Assembly (NCBI GenBank): GCA_000165345.1
Contig: CM000432.1
Location: forward strand, 736,001-800,000
Length of the DNA: 64,000 bases
Direction of reading: 5' to 3'
The notes beneath the pieces are model-generated. The model was given only the letters and a program-made list of their open reading frames with translations. It searched no databases and was not told the origin of the DNA. Below, in pieces: positions 28,923 to 39,566 of this stretch (the first letter of the stretch is position 1; every line of letters begins with the position of its first letter). The translations under genes and the position numbers were made by a program.

Positions 28923-31343
28923 ATGTCAGTTATAGGTCTTGACATAGGAACTATAAATGCAGTGGTTGCGACAATTAATAGAGGGGCTGTAACCATTGTG
29001 AGAAATGAACTCTCAGAAAGAACGACTCCAATATTGGTTGGTTATACTGACACTGAACGTTTAATTGGCGAGCCGGCTTTGACAAAAATGAAATCAAACT
29101 ACAGAAACACTTGTAGGTATATGAAACCCTTGATTGGTATGCTCCCAAATAACGTGGTAGAGACGGAGAAACTTTATTCATTGGCGGAAATCACAACATG
29201 CGAAAACGGTAACATTGGGTTCAGAGTAAACTATAAGGGCAATCAACAAGTAGTTTCCTTGACTAGTGTTTATGCATCTTTTCTCAAGCGTCTCAAGGAA
29301 AACACTGAGAAGAGTACAGGCCAATCTGTTAGAGATTTGGTTATTAGCATTCCAGGATATTATGATAACGTTGCAAGACAAAATGTATTAGATGCTTTAC
29401 ATATTGCAGGGATCAATTGTTTGAGACTTATGAACGAGGAAAGTGCAGTTGCTCTTGATTATGGCATATTCAGATCTAACAATTTTGCAGAAAATGAAAA
29501 TGTTATCGTAGCCTTCATAAGTTGTGGGGCGGGATACTTTTTTGTTTCCATTGTGAGATTTACTAAAGGCAAGTTTGACATTCTTGCAACAGTTTATGAG
29601 AACAGAATTAGTGGGCGTTTAATGGACTACGCTATTATGGAATTTGCTGCTAGAGACTTTAACCAGAAGTATAAGACTGACCTATTAAAAGACCCAAAAG
29701 CTAGGTTAAAATTAGAGGATTCTGCAACAAAATGCAAGAAGATTCTAAGTGCTAACCAGGAGGCAGCCTTCGTAACAGAATGCGTCGACGGTGAAAACGA
29801 TATTAGTATGATGATTGAGAGAAAAACATTCGAAGAGCTTTGCTCTAATATGAGCGGATATATTAACAACATGGTTGATTCTGCGCTAAAGCAAGCTGGA
29901 ATTAAGATTGAAGATATCTCTTCAATTGAGATAATCGGCGGTTGTAGTAGAATCCCATGGGTTCAACGCGCAATTGGGGCAGCCTTTAATGATAAGGAGC
30001 TTTGTAAGACTTTAAATGCTGATGAAACGGTTGCAAGAGGCTGTGCTCTTCAAGCTGCTATGTTATCTCCAGTTATCAAAGTACGTGAATTCAATATGAC
30101 TGAAAGATTCGCTTATGAAGTTCTTTTGTTTTGGCAAAACTCTGCTGGATCCTCAGATTTCAAATCAGCAACTCTCTTTTCACTTGGAAGCGACTTGAAT
30201 GTTTTAAAGAATTCCACATTTTCCAAAACTGAACCATTCGAGATTGCACTCAGATATGCACCAAATTCACATACAAATAATCTTGATCTTGGAAGATACC
30301 TTGTTGATCTCCCTCCTCAACAAGATTCGAAAGTCAAGCTTTACATTAGACTAGATAAGAATGGAATTGTCTGTCTGGAAAAAGTTGAACAGATTAAAGA
30401 GGAAGTAGTAATGGAGAGTGCTCCCACACCAACTCCGGCATCAGGAAATCCTGAAGACTCCAACTCTAATGACGCGCAATCAAATGAGTCTAAACCTGAA
30501 GAACAGCCAGCTGCCCCCCAACCTACAATGAAGACAAGGATTAAAAGGACTAATGTACCATTCAAACAGATTGGTGAATTACAAGGATATTTGAGCGAGG
30601 AGTCAAAGGCTAAGTTCAAGGATGGAGAAGCCCGTATGAGTACAGAAGACTTGCTGATTCATTTAACACGTGAAAAACTGAATGAATTAGAGTCATATGT
30701 ATTTGATATGCGCTCTAAAATCTCACCTGGAGGCAATTTAAATCAATATGCAGAGAAGCAATCAATTGAGAACTTCTTAGGGTTCTTGGCACAGGCAGAG
30801 AACTGGATCTATGATAACTATGAAAGCACAAAAGAGATCTTTGAAAAGAAGCTAGAGGAACTTAAAGTATATGGAGACCCGATTGAGATGAGATACCAAG
30901 AGTCTCTTCAATTAGAGGAGATTCAATCCTATATGAATTCAATGTTTGAGCATTTCCAGAAGGTATGCACAAATGTGGACATGGAATTTACTCCAGAAAG
31001 CAAACAGCAAGTAATGGATGGTTTGAATCAAAGATATCAGGAATTTAGTGAAGCTATCAGAAAGAATTTTGAAGATAGAAACAAGTTTGAAAACCTGATT
31101 GTTTCTTTAGACTCTCTGAGGCAAATGTGCGATGAAGCCAAGAAATATTGCAACGATAATTTAATTCCAATCCCGAAGGTAACTGAACCAACAAATAATG
31201 GAGGTGAAAAGATGGACGATTCTAAGCCATGTGCAGAACCAGGAAACAATGGTGATGTACAGATGGAGGGAGATAACAACGGAGCTCAGGGGGCTGGAGA
31301 AACCTCAGAAATCTCGCAAGAGTCAGAGATGAAAGATAATTAG
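28923..31343 (+). CDS. Hsp70-superfamily Hsp110/Sse1-type chaperone (nucleotide-exchange-factor class)
   Basis: MSVIGLDIGTINAVVATINRGAVTIVRNELSERTTPILVGY ... is an Hsp70-like NBD. The extended substrate-binding domain with an acidic insertion and a long C-terminus is typical of Hsp110. Confidence 0.88.
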   Translation: MSVIGLDIGTINAVVATINRGAVTIVRNELSERTTPILVGYTDTERLIGEPALTKMKSNYRNTCRYMKPLIGMLPNNVVETEKLYSLAEITTCENGNIGFRVNYKGNQQVVSLTSVYASFLKRLKENTEKSTGQSVRDLVISIPGYYDNVARQNVLDALHIAGINCLRLMNEESAVALDYGIFRSNNFAENENVIVAFISCGAGYFFVSIVRFTKGKFDILATVYENRISGRLMDYAIMEFAARDFNQKYKTDLLKDPKARLKLEDSATKCKKILSANQEAAFVTECVDGENDISMMIERKTFEELCSNMSGYINNMVDSALKQAGIKIEDISSIEIIGGCSRIPWVQRAIGAAFNDKELCKTLNADETVARGCALQAAMLSPVIKVREFNMTERFAYEVLLFWQNSAGSSDFKSATLFSLGSDLNVLKNSTFSKTEPFEIALRYAPNSHTNNLDLGRYLVDLPPQQDSKVKLYIRLDKNGIVCLEKVEQIKEEVVMESAPTPTPASGNPEDSNSNDAQSNESKPEEQPAAPQPTMKTRIKRTNVPFKQIGELQGYLSEESKAKFKDGEARMSTEDLLIHLTREKLNELESYVFDMRSKISPGGNLNQYAEKQSIENFLGFLAQAENWIYDNYESTKEIFEKKLEELKVYGDPIEMRYQESLQLEEIQSYMNSMFEHFQKVCTNVDMEFTPESKQQVMDGLNQRYQEFSEAIRKNFEDRNKFENLIVSLDSLRQMCDEAKKYCNDNLIPIPKVTEPTNNGGEKMDDSKPCAEPGNNGDVQMEGDNNGAQGAGETSEISQESEMKDN

Positions 31344-31893
31344 AGAGATTTCTTCAAATTGAACTTTTCTAATTACATTGATTAGAATTAGGCGGAGCTA
31401 GATTAGAGTTAAATGAACGCTTTTTTTTTCAAAGATAGAAAGGAACTCTTTTGCTTTGTCTAGTATGAGTTAGTGATATTTCAAATAAATTAATATTAAT
31501 AAAATTTAACTCTAAACTTTCCTATTTTTTAAAAGCATATCTCCTTAACATGTTAGATTCTCTACTTAGCGTTACTGCATAAATTGCATGCATTTGTTTT
31601 GCGCACCGGTAAAGCAGAGATTTGATATGAGGAAAACTTTTACAAGCCAAAATGATTAAATAAGGAAACATTTATTGCTGGTTCAAATATTAATGAGTTT
31701 AGAATTCTTTCTTTCAACTATTTGATAACTAATTTAGTTACAAATCACACTAAGAAAAATTTCTGTATAATAGAAAGATAAAAAAAGAAATATTTGTTAC
31801 ATAATATAATATTAACCTTTAAATATAATAAATTTGGAGGGATAATAATTTTATCTGAATAGAAATAAAATCTAGTCTGATAATGCCATTATG

Positions 31894-33570
31894 TCATTCA
31901 GACTGCGTATATGATGCCTCTTGTTTATATTTAGAGTGATTATCAGCCACTTTGGGCTTGGAGGCAGTTATACATTGATTCTGAGAATATAAGTACGGAG
32001 GTAGAGGCGGAGGAACCTTCTTACCATTTCTATATCTTGGGCGGTTTCTATCATACTTCATATAGCATGCATTACAGCAAATTTGTTTTTCAACATATGT
32101 AGTGGGTGGAATATTACTTGATGGACTTGTTTCAGGTGTAGACGAGATCTGATCTGACTGAGTGTTGAACGCATGGTTAGATTCTTGTTTTAGAGATATC
32201 GAATGTTCATCTTTATTGCTTGAATATAGTTCTCCCAAATTAAGAAATCTCCACTGTGAAGTTTGAGTAGTTCCGCAAACAATACAAATAGCAGAGCTCT
32301 TGTCAATTTTTCTTCTTCCTCCAATATTTGATTTAATGGATTTTCTAGGCTTTTCAGCCTTTCTACTTTCTTGTCTGAGACCTATTTTAGATACCCAATC
32401 CCCTAGTGTGTTGGAGATCTCGAATCCTCCATCAAAATTATTGAGTGACTTTCTAGAATTTGAAGATTGTGATTTACTAATAGGCGAAAGAATTGAGGGA
32501 ATTGTCTGGGAAGAGTGAATTGGGGAGCTATTCACTGAAATACTACTGCTGCTCACTCCACCCGTAAAATTGACAGATGGTATATTTAATCGGCTTTCTG
32601 AGCCTCCAATAAAATTGGCTGTAGGAGTCAAATTAGCACCTACAGCCCCCCCATTACACGGAATTTGAGATAGCGATGCCAATGATACCATATTTGGAGC
32701 CTGAGATCCTCCATTTTGTAACTCAAATAGGTTAAAAGGCATAACTGTGGATCCAGTTCCAGATCCAGTTACAGTTACAGTTCCAGCCCCAGCCCCAGTC
32801 CCAGTCCCAGATCCAGATCCAGTTCCAGTTCCAATTCCAATTCCAATTCCAGTTCCAGATCCCGGCCTAGATCCCTGTCCAGTTAATGCATTATTATTAC
32901 CTTGCCAACCAAGATACATTTGTCTAAGTAATGGATTAAAACATCCTGCTGTTGTACCTGCTATTCCGTATCCACCAGCTAAAATTGGAGAATACATAGC
33001 CATGGCCATTTGATTGTATAATGCTAACTGTTGATAATAAGCATTCATAGTGTTATTCCACTCTATCTGAGATCCAGGATAAGGAAATAAGCTATTTGAC
33101 GAATCTACTTTCGATTTTAAACTCCCTTCATCTACACTGAATGAATTGAAACTATTCGAGTTATTACTCTGAGAGTTATTGACTAAGCTTGGAGGAAGCA
33201 GTTGAGCACCTGTTGCTGGGCTACATGAAGAAAATCCAGCTCCTAATCCTGTATTATTAGAAGTTGATCCTCCATTTGGGAAGTAACTATTTGAAGCCAT
33301 TTCTTTATTCTTCATCTCAGTAATTTTTGAAAATATTGAATAAAAGTTACTCAGGTTTGAATATGCGTCATCTCTTTCATTTACTATATTGCATCCTGGT
33401 GACGAATTCGCACTAATAAACATAGTAGGAGGACTATCAGGAACATTCTGAGATGCCAGCTTGCCAGTTGTTGAGTAGATAAGCATAGGATCTTGCGCCA
33501 AATCTGAAGCTTTGACATTACTCATCTCGGGAATTGCCTCTTTGGATATTAGATTTGTGCTGAATGACAT
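31894..33570 (-). CDS. Low-complexity nuclear protein with a divergent GATA-type zinc finger
   Basis: C-terminal CIVCGTTQTSQWRFLNLGEL ... (~50 aa Ser/Thr-rich insert) ... QICCNACYMKYDRNRP matches the two halves of a GATA finger (CxxCx4TxxWR ... CNACxxxxxxxRP). The N-terminal half is Asn/Ser/Gly-rich. Confidence 0.65.
   Translation of the reverse strand: MSFSTNLISKEAIPEMSNVKASDLAQDPMLIYSTTGKLASQNVPDSPPTMFISANSSPGCNIVNERDDAYSNLSNFYSIFSKITEMKNKEMASNSYFPNGGSTSNNTGLGAGFSSCSPATGAQLLPPSLVNNSQSNNSNSFNSFSVDEGSLKSKVDSSNSLFPYPGSQIEWNNTMNAYYQQLALYNQMAMAMYSPILAGGYGIAGTTAGCFNPLLRQMYLGWQGNNNALTGQGSRPGSGTGIGIGIGTGTGSGSGTGTGAGAGTVTVTGSGTGSTVMPFNLFELQNGGSQAPNMVSLASLSQIPCNGGAVGANLTPTANFIGGSESRLNIPSVNFTGGVSSSSISVNSSPIHSSQTIPSILSPISKSQSSNSRKSLNNFDGGFEISNTLGDWVSKIGLRQESRKAEKPRKSIKSNIGGRRKIDKSSAICIVCGTTQTSQWRFLNLGELYSSNKDEHSISLKQESNHAFNTQSDQISSTPETSPSSNIPPTTYVEKQICCNACYMKYDRNRPRYRNGKKVPPPLPPYLYSQNQCITASKPKVADNHSKYKQEASYTQSE
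32750..32885. repeat. Imperfect hexanucleotide microsatellite (CCAGWY)n, ~22 units, inside the GATA-like CDS
   Basis: ccagttccagatccagttacagttacagttccagccccagccccagtcccagtcccagatccagatccagttccagttccaattccaattccaattccagttccagatcc. On the coding (minus) strand it encodes a (Gly-Thr/Ser/Ile/Ala)n dipeptide repeat. Confidence 0.85.
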
Positions 33571-35860
33571 TTGGATTAATTCTTTTAAAGTTTTGAATAA
33601 CTAATATACTCTATTAAATAACTGATAGTTAATTGGCCAAAGCCAAATTATTTTTATTAATTTCTGATATGCACTGCTTTATTTTATATATTCCTTAGTT
33701 TCCCCGTCTAATTATCAGTGCATTTTACTTTCATTCGTGACCTTTCTTTTTTTTTGTTGCTACTGACTGAAAAAGAAGCCCTTAGAAACAACTTCCTCAC
33801 TCCAACCAGATACCAGAAATCTGCTCAACTCACCTTATCAATTTGCTAAAACCTTGACTCACTTTTTCGATACTTTTTTTCTATTCTGTTACCTTGATCT
33901 TTATAACTTTTGCATCACAAAGATTTAATTATAGTACTTAACCACTTTATACTCACTAAAGCCTTGAATTTTACCTCTTCATATAATGATATATTTGCAG
34001 GCTAATTATCATTACAATCTCCCTTGATAATCTTTTTCTACTTTTTTCTAATGATCTGTAATCTAAAATTATACCGTTACTTGCAATTAATGATTTTAAC
34101 GTCTTGCCTCTTGTCGAGAAGCTAAGGCGCCAACACTGCTCGATATGATGTTTGTATGGGATTTCGCGATGGGTAAAAAATTATACAATTTTTTTTTAGT
34201 TAATTTTCCTCTAAAAAGTACATTTTAGAGCCGATTATAGTGGATTATGATAGCTTTAGTTTCTAGTTCTTGCATTTTCTTCATAAAGAATTCATTTTTT
34301 TTTTTAAGATATTAATTATAAGCATACAAGTTATTAAAGACAACTCGACAATATTTTTTTGTGACTTATTAGTAAACTTATAAATAGTTAATCCTATTTC
34401 GGATTTGGTCTTTTATAATGAATTACTCCATCTTACTAATGATAATTATTATTCGCATGCATTATATGTGTGAGCCAATCATTTAAATCATTAACCAAAG
34501 ACTATAGTAAAAGTGACTTAAAAAAAATTAGGAATATTTTTGGTGCTTACAGCTATACATGATCTTTTGTTTATCTGTTGTTCTTTACATTATTAAATCA
34601 TCTTCAAGCCTGCTCAAAATTATAAAATTTGATTAATAGTAAATACTACAGAATATGTATAGAAGCTCAGTTGGATACGCATACAAACGAGTTATGTGCA
34701 TTATTTAGAAAATAAATAAAAGTTACTTTATTAATGTGTAGAGTAGAATAAACCGAGAGAAAAAAAACTTTTAGTTTAAAATTAACCTTTCAAATTATTA
34801 AACTATTAACATCAAAACTTTCCTCCTACTGATAGTTTGGTCTACTATTCTTTTCTACTCTTATTTCTTCCCACCATGAAGGCTGTGCAACTTCAACCGG
34901 AGGATCCTAAAATTTTTTTATTCATTAGTAATAGATCCTTGAATATCAACTACCCAACTATTTTGGAAGTTCTACTTAACTTACCCTACAACAACCGAGT
35001 ATCTTAAATAAAAACAAAGGATCAAAGTTCATTCTCTTCAAGCTGTTTTACTGCAATTAATTCACTTGTTGAACTCTGTGGGGTTCTCACAATGTTTGAT
35101 TAATTTTCAGAGGTAAATTGATTTGGCGGCACGTCCAAAGTAAGTTTAGTTTTTTTTTAGTACCTATTTTAACGTAGAATTGATAATGCAACAATTATTA
35201 AAAATTACGTATTGAACTTAATAGAAAGTTTTGATAACGAAATACTGAAATGGTAACAGAAACTTTAAATAACGAGTCAAAACATGCAAATAGATCTTAG
35301 TAGAATTCTAGAAATAAGTGAAAAACCTAAACTTTAGATTAAAGGTAGTATTATGTATTCCGGGAATACATAATAAATAAAAGGTCATCCATCCTCTCTT
35401 TTCCCTTCCTGCAATATCTCTTGCCAAATTTTCCTTGTATCTTAAGAATTGCCTTTCCCGTAAATTAGAAATCCTTTTTTGATTTTTTCATTATACTTTT
35501 CATTCTTAAGTTGAAAAAAATAATATAATAGTAATAATACCTTCCTTATAAGATGGTGAGAAAAATTTTATCGTTTCTTAATATAATTACAATAGAATAG
35601 TAATAACAGCACCACTATAGTGAGATCAATATTGCATTTGTGCATACAATGTAAATTCAGATATTCTTATCTTGCGAATATTAAGCACTACTTCGACAGC
35701 TTGGTCTCTTTCTATCCCTTCTATTTTTCCTCTCTACTCATTAAAATGAGATTAGTAAACATTCTAATATAAACAAAGAAAGTCAAAAGCATCGTGTAAT
35801 AAAGATTCTCTACTATTCATGAGGTTTAATAATTGAGGCAAGGAATCTCATTGTAATGCT

Positions 35861-37408
35861 TTATTGTTCCAAACTTTCAGAATTTACCTCTTCCTTTGGA
35901 TTCTCACTTGCATTGCAGCACATTGAAGTTATTGAGAAACCATCGTGATGCGATGCTTCAATAGCCTCAGGCTTTATTGGAATAATATCCTTCGGCATGC
36001 TTAGAGGAGCAGCGCCTAAGACTGCCATTGGAATACATTGTTGAACTGGATAAGTGACAATAGGTGTTTGATCCATTGGACCTAATGTGTCAACATTGAC
36101 GACTTCTTTAGATTCAAGTCCTCTAATTAGATTCTGAGCTCCAGAAGGAAGTGAATCAATATCAACAACTCCAGCAGCAGCTTCACATCCACATAATGAG
36201 ATCTGGTGTGGTGCTAAGTTAACCTGCTGAGGTGCACCGGTTACCAAATTATATACAGCCTGTTGTTGTAACATAAAGAATTCTTGAGTATACATTTCTT
36301 GAGTTTGAATAGTAGGTGTAAGAATCCATTGGTTTTGTAAATATGTCATCATTAATGGATTTCCTGGAGACATTGGTAAAGGATCCCACAATTGTCTTTG
36401 CAAGTTCATTTGTCTCTCGAAGCTCTGCATACGTTCTAGGCTTGGTTCCTGGTTGGAGTCAATACCATCCATTGCCTCACGGTATGGTGTAATCATCCTA
36501 TCAATTTCCATCTCGCCAACTAAAACTCTTCTTTCTTCTAATAAATCTGCATTAACCCTCATCCACATTGCATGGAAGTCAGCCTGTGATAATTCTGCGG
36601 GATTCATCAAGTGAACATCCATCTCTCTCTCTCTCTTTCCAAATTCAACATCAACAGGTACTGGTTTGATAATATCTTCATACACAAAATAGGGAACTTC
36701 TCTTACACATTCCACCTCGTATACTTCCTCAGTCATCTTAAACTTTGGAACTACTCGCTTTCTTACTGGAATTGGAACAAAATGATCACGGAATTCCAAA
36801 ACTGGAACATGGACTGGAACAACAAAGGGCTTTGGGACCATGTATGGCACGGGAAGCTCAATCAAAGATGGAACAGCGTCTCCTACTGCAACTCTTGTGA
36901 TGCTAACAACAGTGTTTTCATCGATCTCAATAGGGTTTGGTGGGAAAATTGGGAGTGATTCAGGGGCGTTAATAAAAGGTTTTTCTGGTTCCTCTACATA
37001 TGTCACCTTTTCTACAATCTTCTCAACTGTTTTATACTCGACAACAGGTTTGGTTACAACCTTCTCAACAATCTCCTCTTTTGGAACGTATTTAACGTTA
37101 TACCTCACAACGGGATCCTCGATAATTTTTTCCACTGTCTTAATTACTGGAACCTCCACAACTTTCTCTCTATATTCAGGAACTATACGTGGAACTGTTC
37201 TCACTACTTCCTTAACTTCAACATCTGGTACTACAGTTTCTACCAACTTAACTAAAGGTATTCCTCCCTCAGCTACGCCACTTGTCGAGCTTTCTTCCGG
37301 GATTTGGAGCGATGGAACCACATATCGCTGCTCCTGAACTTCATCTTCAGCAAAGCGAGCATGGTGCTCACGTCCCGAGGTCTGACCTGAACGCTCACTA
37401 TTACTCAT
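35861..37408 (-). CDS. Alveolin-domain inner membrane complex (IMC) protein
   Basis: Iterated EKVVEVP / EKIVEKV / VPV repeats (EKVVEVPVIKTVEKIIEDPVVRYNVKYVPKEEIVEKVVTKPVVEYKTVEKIVEKV...) and C-terminal paired cysteines (LCGCE, MCCN), as in palmitoylated IMC proteins. Confidence 0.82.
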   Translation of the reverse strand: MSNSERSGQTSGREHHARFAEDEVQEQRYVVPSLQIPEESSTSGVAEGGIPLVKLVETVVPDVEVKEVVRTVPRIVPEYREKVVEVPVIKTVEKIIEDPVVRYNVKYVPKEEIVEKVVTKPVVEYKTVEKIVEKVTYVEEPEKPFINAPESLPIFPPNPIEIDENTVVSITRVAVGDAVPSLIELPVPYMVPKPFVVPVHVPVLEFRDHFVPIPVRKRVVPKFKMTEEVYEVECVREVPYFVYEDIIKPVPVDVEFGKREREMDVHLMNPAELSQADFHAMWMRVNADLLEERRVLVGEMEIDRMITPYREAMDGIDSNQEPSLERMQSFERQMNLQRQLWDPLPMSPGNPLMMTYLQNQWILTPTIQTQEMYTQEFFMLQQQAVYNLVTGAPQQVNLAPHQISLCGCEAAAGVVDIDSLPSGAQNLIRGLESKEVVNVDTLGPMDQTPIVTYPVQQCIPMAVLGAAPLSMPKDIIPIKPEAIEASHHDGFSITSMCCNASENPKEEVNSESLEQ

Positions 37409-38042
37409 CTTAATTCTATTTTTCCCTTGTCCTCTTATATCTCTTATTCTCTCCTGCTATTTTTTTAATACATGTATTAGACATAGACATAATGAATTTC
37501 CATATAGCACACAAACTCTACGTCATGCTTTATTAAATTTTTGATCCCAATTATCTCACAATTAAATAAAGAGCACTTTACCGCCATGTCTTGTATATGA
37601 TCTTTAAAATTATTTCGGAAATAGCTAAAATTGTTATTGGAGTTTAATAATAAACACTTGTTACCTGATTCATTAGTTATTCTTAGAATTGTTGTGTCAA
37701 ATGTAATGTTTAGTATTTTCTTTATCCTTCTGAATTTTTTTTTCCTATTATTGCAACTTTGATTCCCTGTTTCTAGACAACATTATGACAGAGGATTATA
37801 CAAGAATAGCATAATTCGAAATTCTAAAAATATAGATATTCTTTCAGCGAGATAAATCTGCAAATCCTATACGAGAGTGCCATCAGTTATGGCCACTTCC
37901 TCTTGCTTCTAAACCTAACGTTTCTTAATCATGCACCTGTAACATAGAGCTAAAAACGTATCAAAGAGCTATATTATTAATAATATTAACTATTCAATTC
38001 AATATTAACAACACTCAAACGGAGAATCAAATTTTCTCTATT

Positions 38043-38088
38043 GCATGCAAGAGTTGTCCATGCAAAAATGTTGCATGTGGGATGGCGC
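38043..38088. promoter_or_regulatory. Cluster of three (T)GCATG(C) motifs plus GGCGC within 46 bp in the divergent alveolin promoter
   Basis: ttGCATGCaagagttgtcCATGCAaaaatgttGCATGTgggatGGCGCt. Similar GCATGC clusters lie at 45158-45189 (acatgcattcatacttgcatgcatgcacac) and 54231-54249 (gcatgcatgcattgcatcc). Confidence 0.5.
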
Positions 38089-38610
38089 TATTTTAAATAA
38101 TCTGCCTGCTTTAATGATATATTAAACATTTAGAAATAAATAAGAAGGAGAATTATTGTGTTAGGAATTAATTCATTTCTCAAACTAATAGCTGTAATAA
38201 TCTAACAATAACTTTTTTTACACTCAATGTTGCACTTTATTTTGATCCATCACTTATATTTCAATAATTATTGAAAAATATAAATTTACTTTGTTGTAGA
38301 CGAGACGTGAAGAACTGTGATAGCATGTGCGTACGTATATATTATAAAGTAATATATGATGTATGATAATGTAAGTAATATTATATATATAATCAATTGA
38401 ATAGTATAATAAATGCGATAATCTGATTAATAGAAAATCAGAAAATATTAGCGGTATTTGAGTAGGAGAAAAGCAAAACAATAAGTTTTAAGGCTTGAAT
38501 TAAAGATCGTGTGCGAAGAAAAAAATAATTAGGGGGAAAATTCCAACTTTATATTGAATTAGGTAATTATTATATATTTAGAAAATAATAATTGATAATA
38601 GAAATTAAAG

Positions 38611-39405
38611 ATGCCAGCAAAGAAGAATAATGGTGGACAAACCGATAGAGATTCAGAATCAGGATTAACTGATCGTCAATCTAATAAAGTTGAAAGTAAC
38701 ATAGTTGAAGTGCCAGAATTGCATTTCCATGAAAAATATTCAGCTGTGAATATCCCTGTGGTACAGGAGAAGATTAGATATGAAACAAAGGAGGTGATTC
38801 AAGAAAGAGAGGTACATGTAGTGAAGCCAGTCGTTAAGGAGAAAATTGTTGAAGTTCCAAAATATAAAGTTGTTGAGAAAGTTGTTGAAGTTCCCCAAGT
38901 TGTTGTGCAGGAAAAGCTGATCGAGGTTGAGAGAGTGGAGGTCACTTCAAGAAGCAGAAATCAATCAAGACCAATAAGTCCGGTGGAAAAGAAACAATTA
39001 GATATTGTTACGCAATATCGTCAAGTCCCAAAGCCAGTAGAAGTTCCTATTGCATTTTACTCTGCTATTCCTGTTCCTATTTTGATAGATAGAGCAGTTC
39101 CTGTTCCAATGGAATTGCAAATTATTCAAGATATATTATGTCCAAAGATTGAGGCGATCTATAAAGACATTCCAATTCCAATTCCAGTTAAGAGAACAAT
39201 TGAAAAACCTGTGCCAATTGGTCTATATGATCAGCCAGAACTTCTCCAAAAATACCTTCACGACCCTAATGAGCCATTACCAAATCCAGTCGCAGCTTTA
39301 GAGCAAATGGCTCAACAAGCATCCATGGCTGCTGCATTAAACCAACAAAATATGATGCAAATGATGCAACAGCAGGGCAGTGTACAACAAGAGCCTCAAG
39401 AGTAA
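38611..39405 (+). CDS. Alveolin-domain inner membrane complex (IMC) protein
   Basis: VKPVVKEKIVEVPKYKVVEKVVEVPQVVVQEKLIEVERVEV is a canonical EKIVEVP-type alveolin repeat, followed by a Pro/Val-rich region and a Gln/Met-rich C-terminus. Confidence 0.82.
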   Translation: MPAKKNNGGQTDRDSESGLTDRQSNKVESNIVEVPELHFHEKYSAVNIPVVQEKIRYETKEVIQEREVHVVKPVVKEKIVEVPKYKVVEKVVEVPQVVVQEKLIEVERVEVTSRSRNQSRPISPVEKKQLDIVTQYRQVPKPVEVPIAFYSAIPVPILIDRAVPVPMELQIIQDILCPKIEAIYKDIPIPIPVKRTIEKPVPIGLYDQPELLQKYLHDPNEPLPNPVAALEQMAQQASMAAALNQQNMMQMMQQQGSVQQEPQE

Positions 39406-39566
39406 ACGGAATTTGTTGTGTTTCTACTCTGACTACCGAAATTAAGACAAATAAAAAAAAATAATAAAAGAATAGATTGTCAAAACTTGTTGTATTTAAT
39501 ATTTAGTTAATTATTATTTATATGTTAATATAAATACTTTTTTTTCGGAGGCTTATATATAATAAT

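Noticed and set aside
32000-32150. Intron inside the GATA finger that would restore canonical 17-residue spacing
   Set aside because: No GTAAGT/GTATGT-type donor, no T-rich tract plus AG acceptor, and the frame is continuously open. The insert has the same Ser/Thr-rich composition as the rest of the protein. It is kept as a coding insertion pending RNA evidence.
36611-37337. Plus-strand ORFs 36611-36958 and 36840-37337 antisense to the alveolin gene
   Set aside because: They are the reverse-complement reading of the Val/Glu/Lys/Pro repeat region; the sense strand gives the canonical alveolin repeats.
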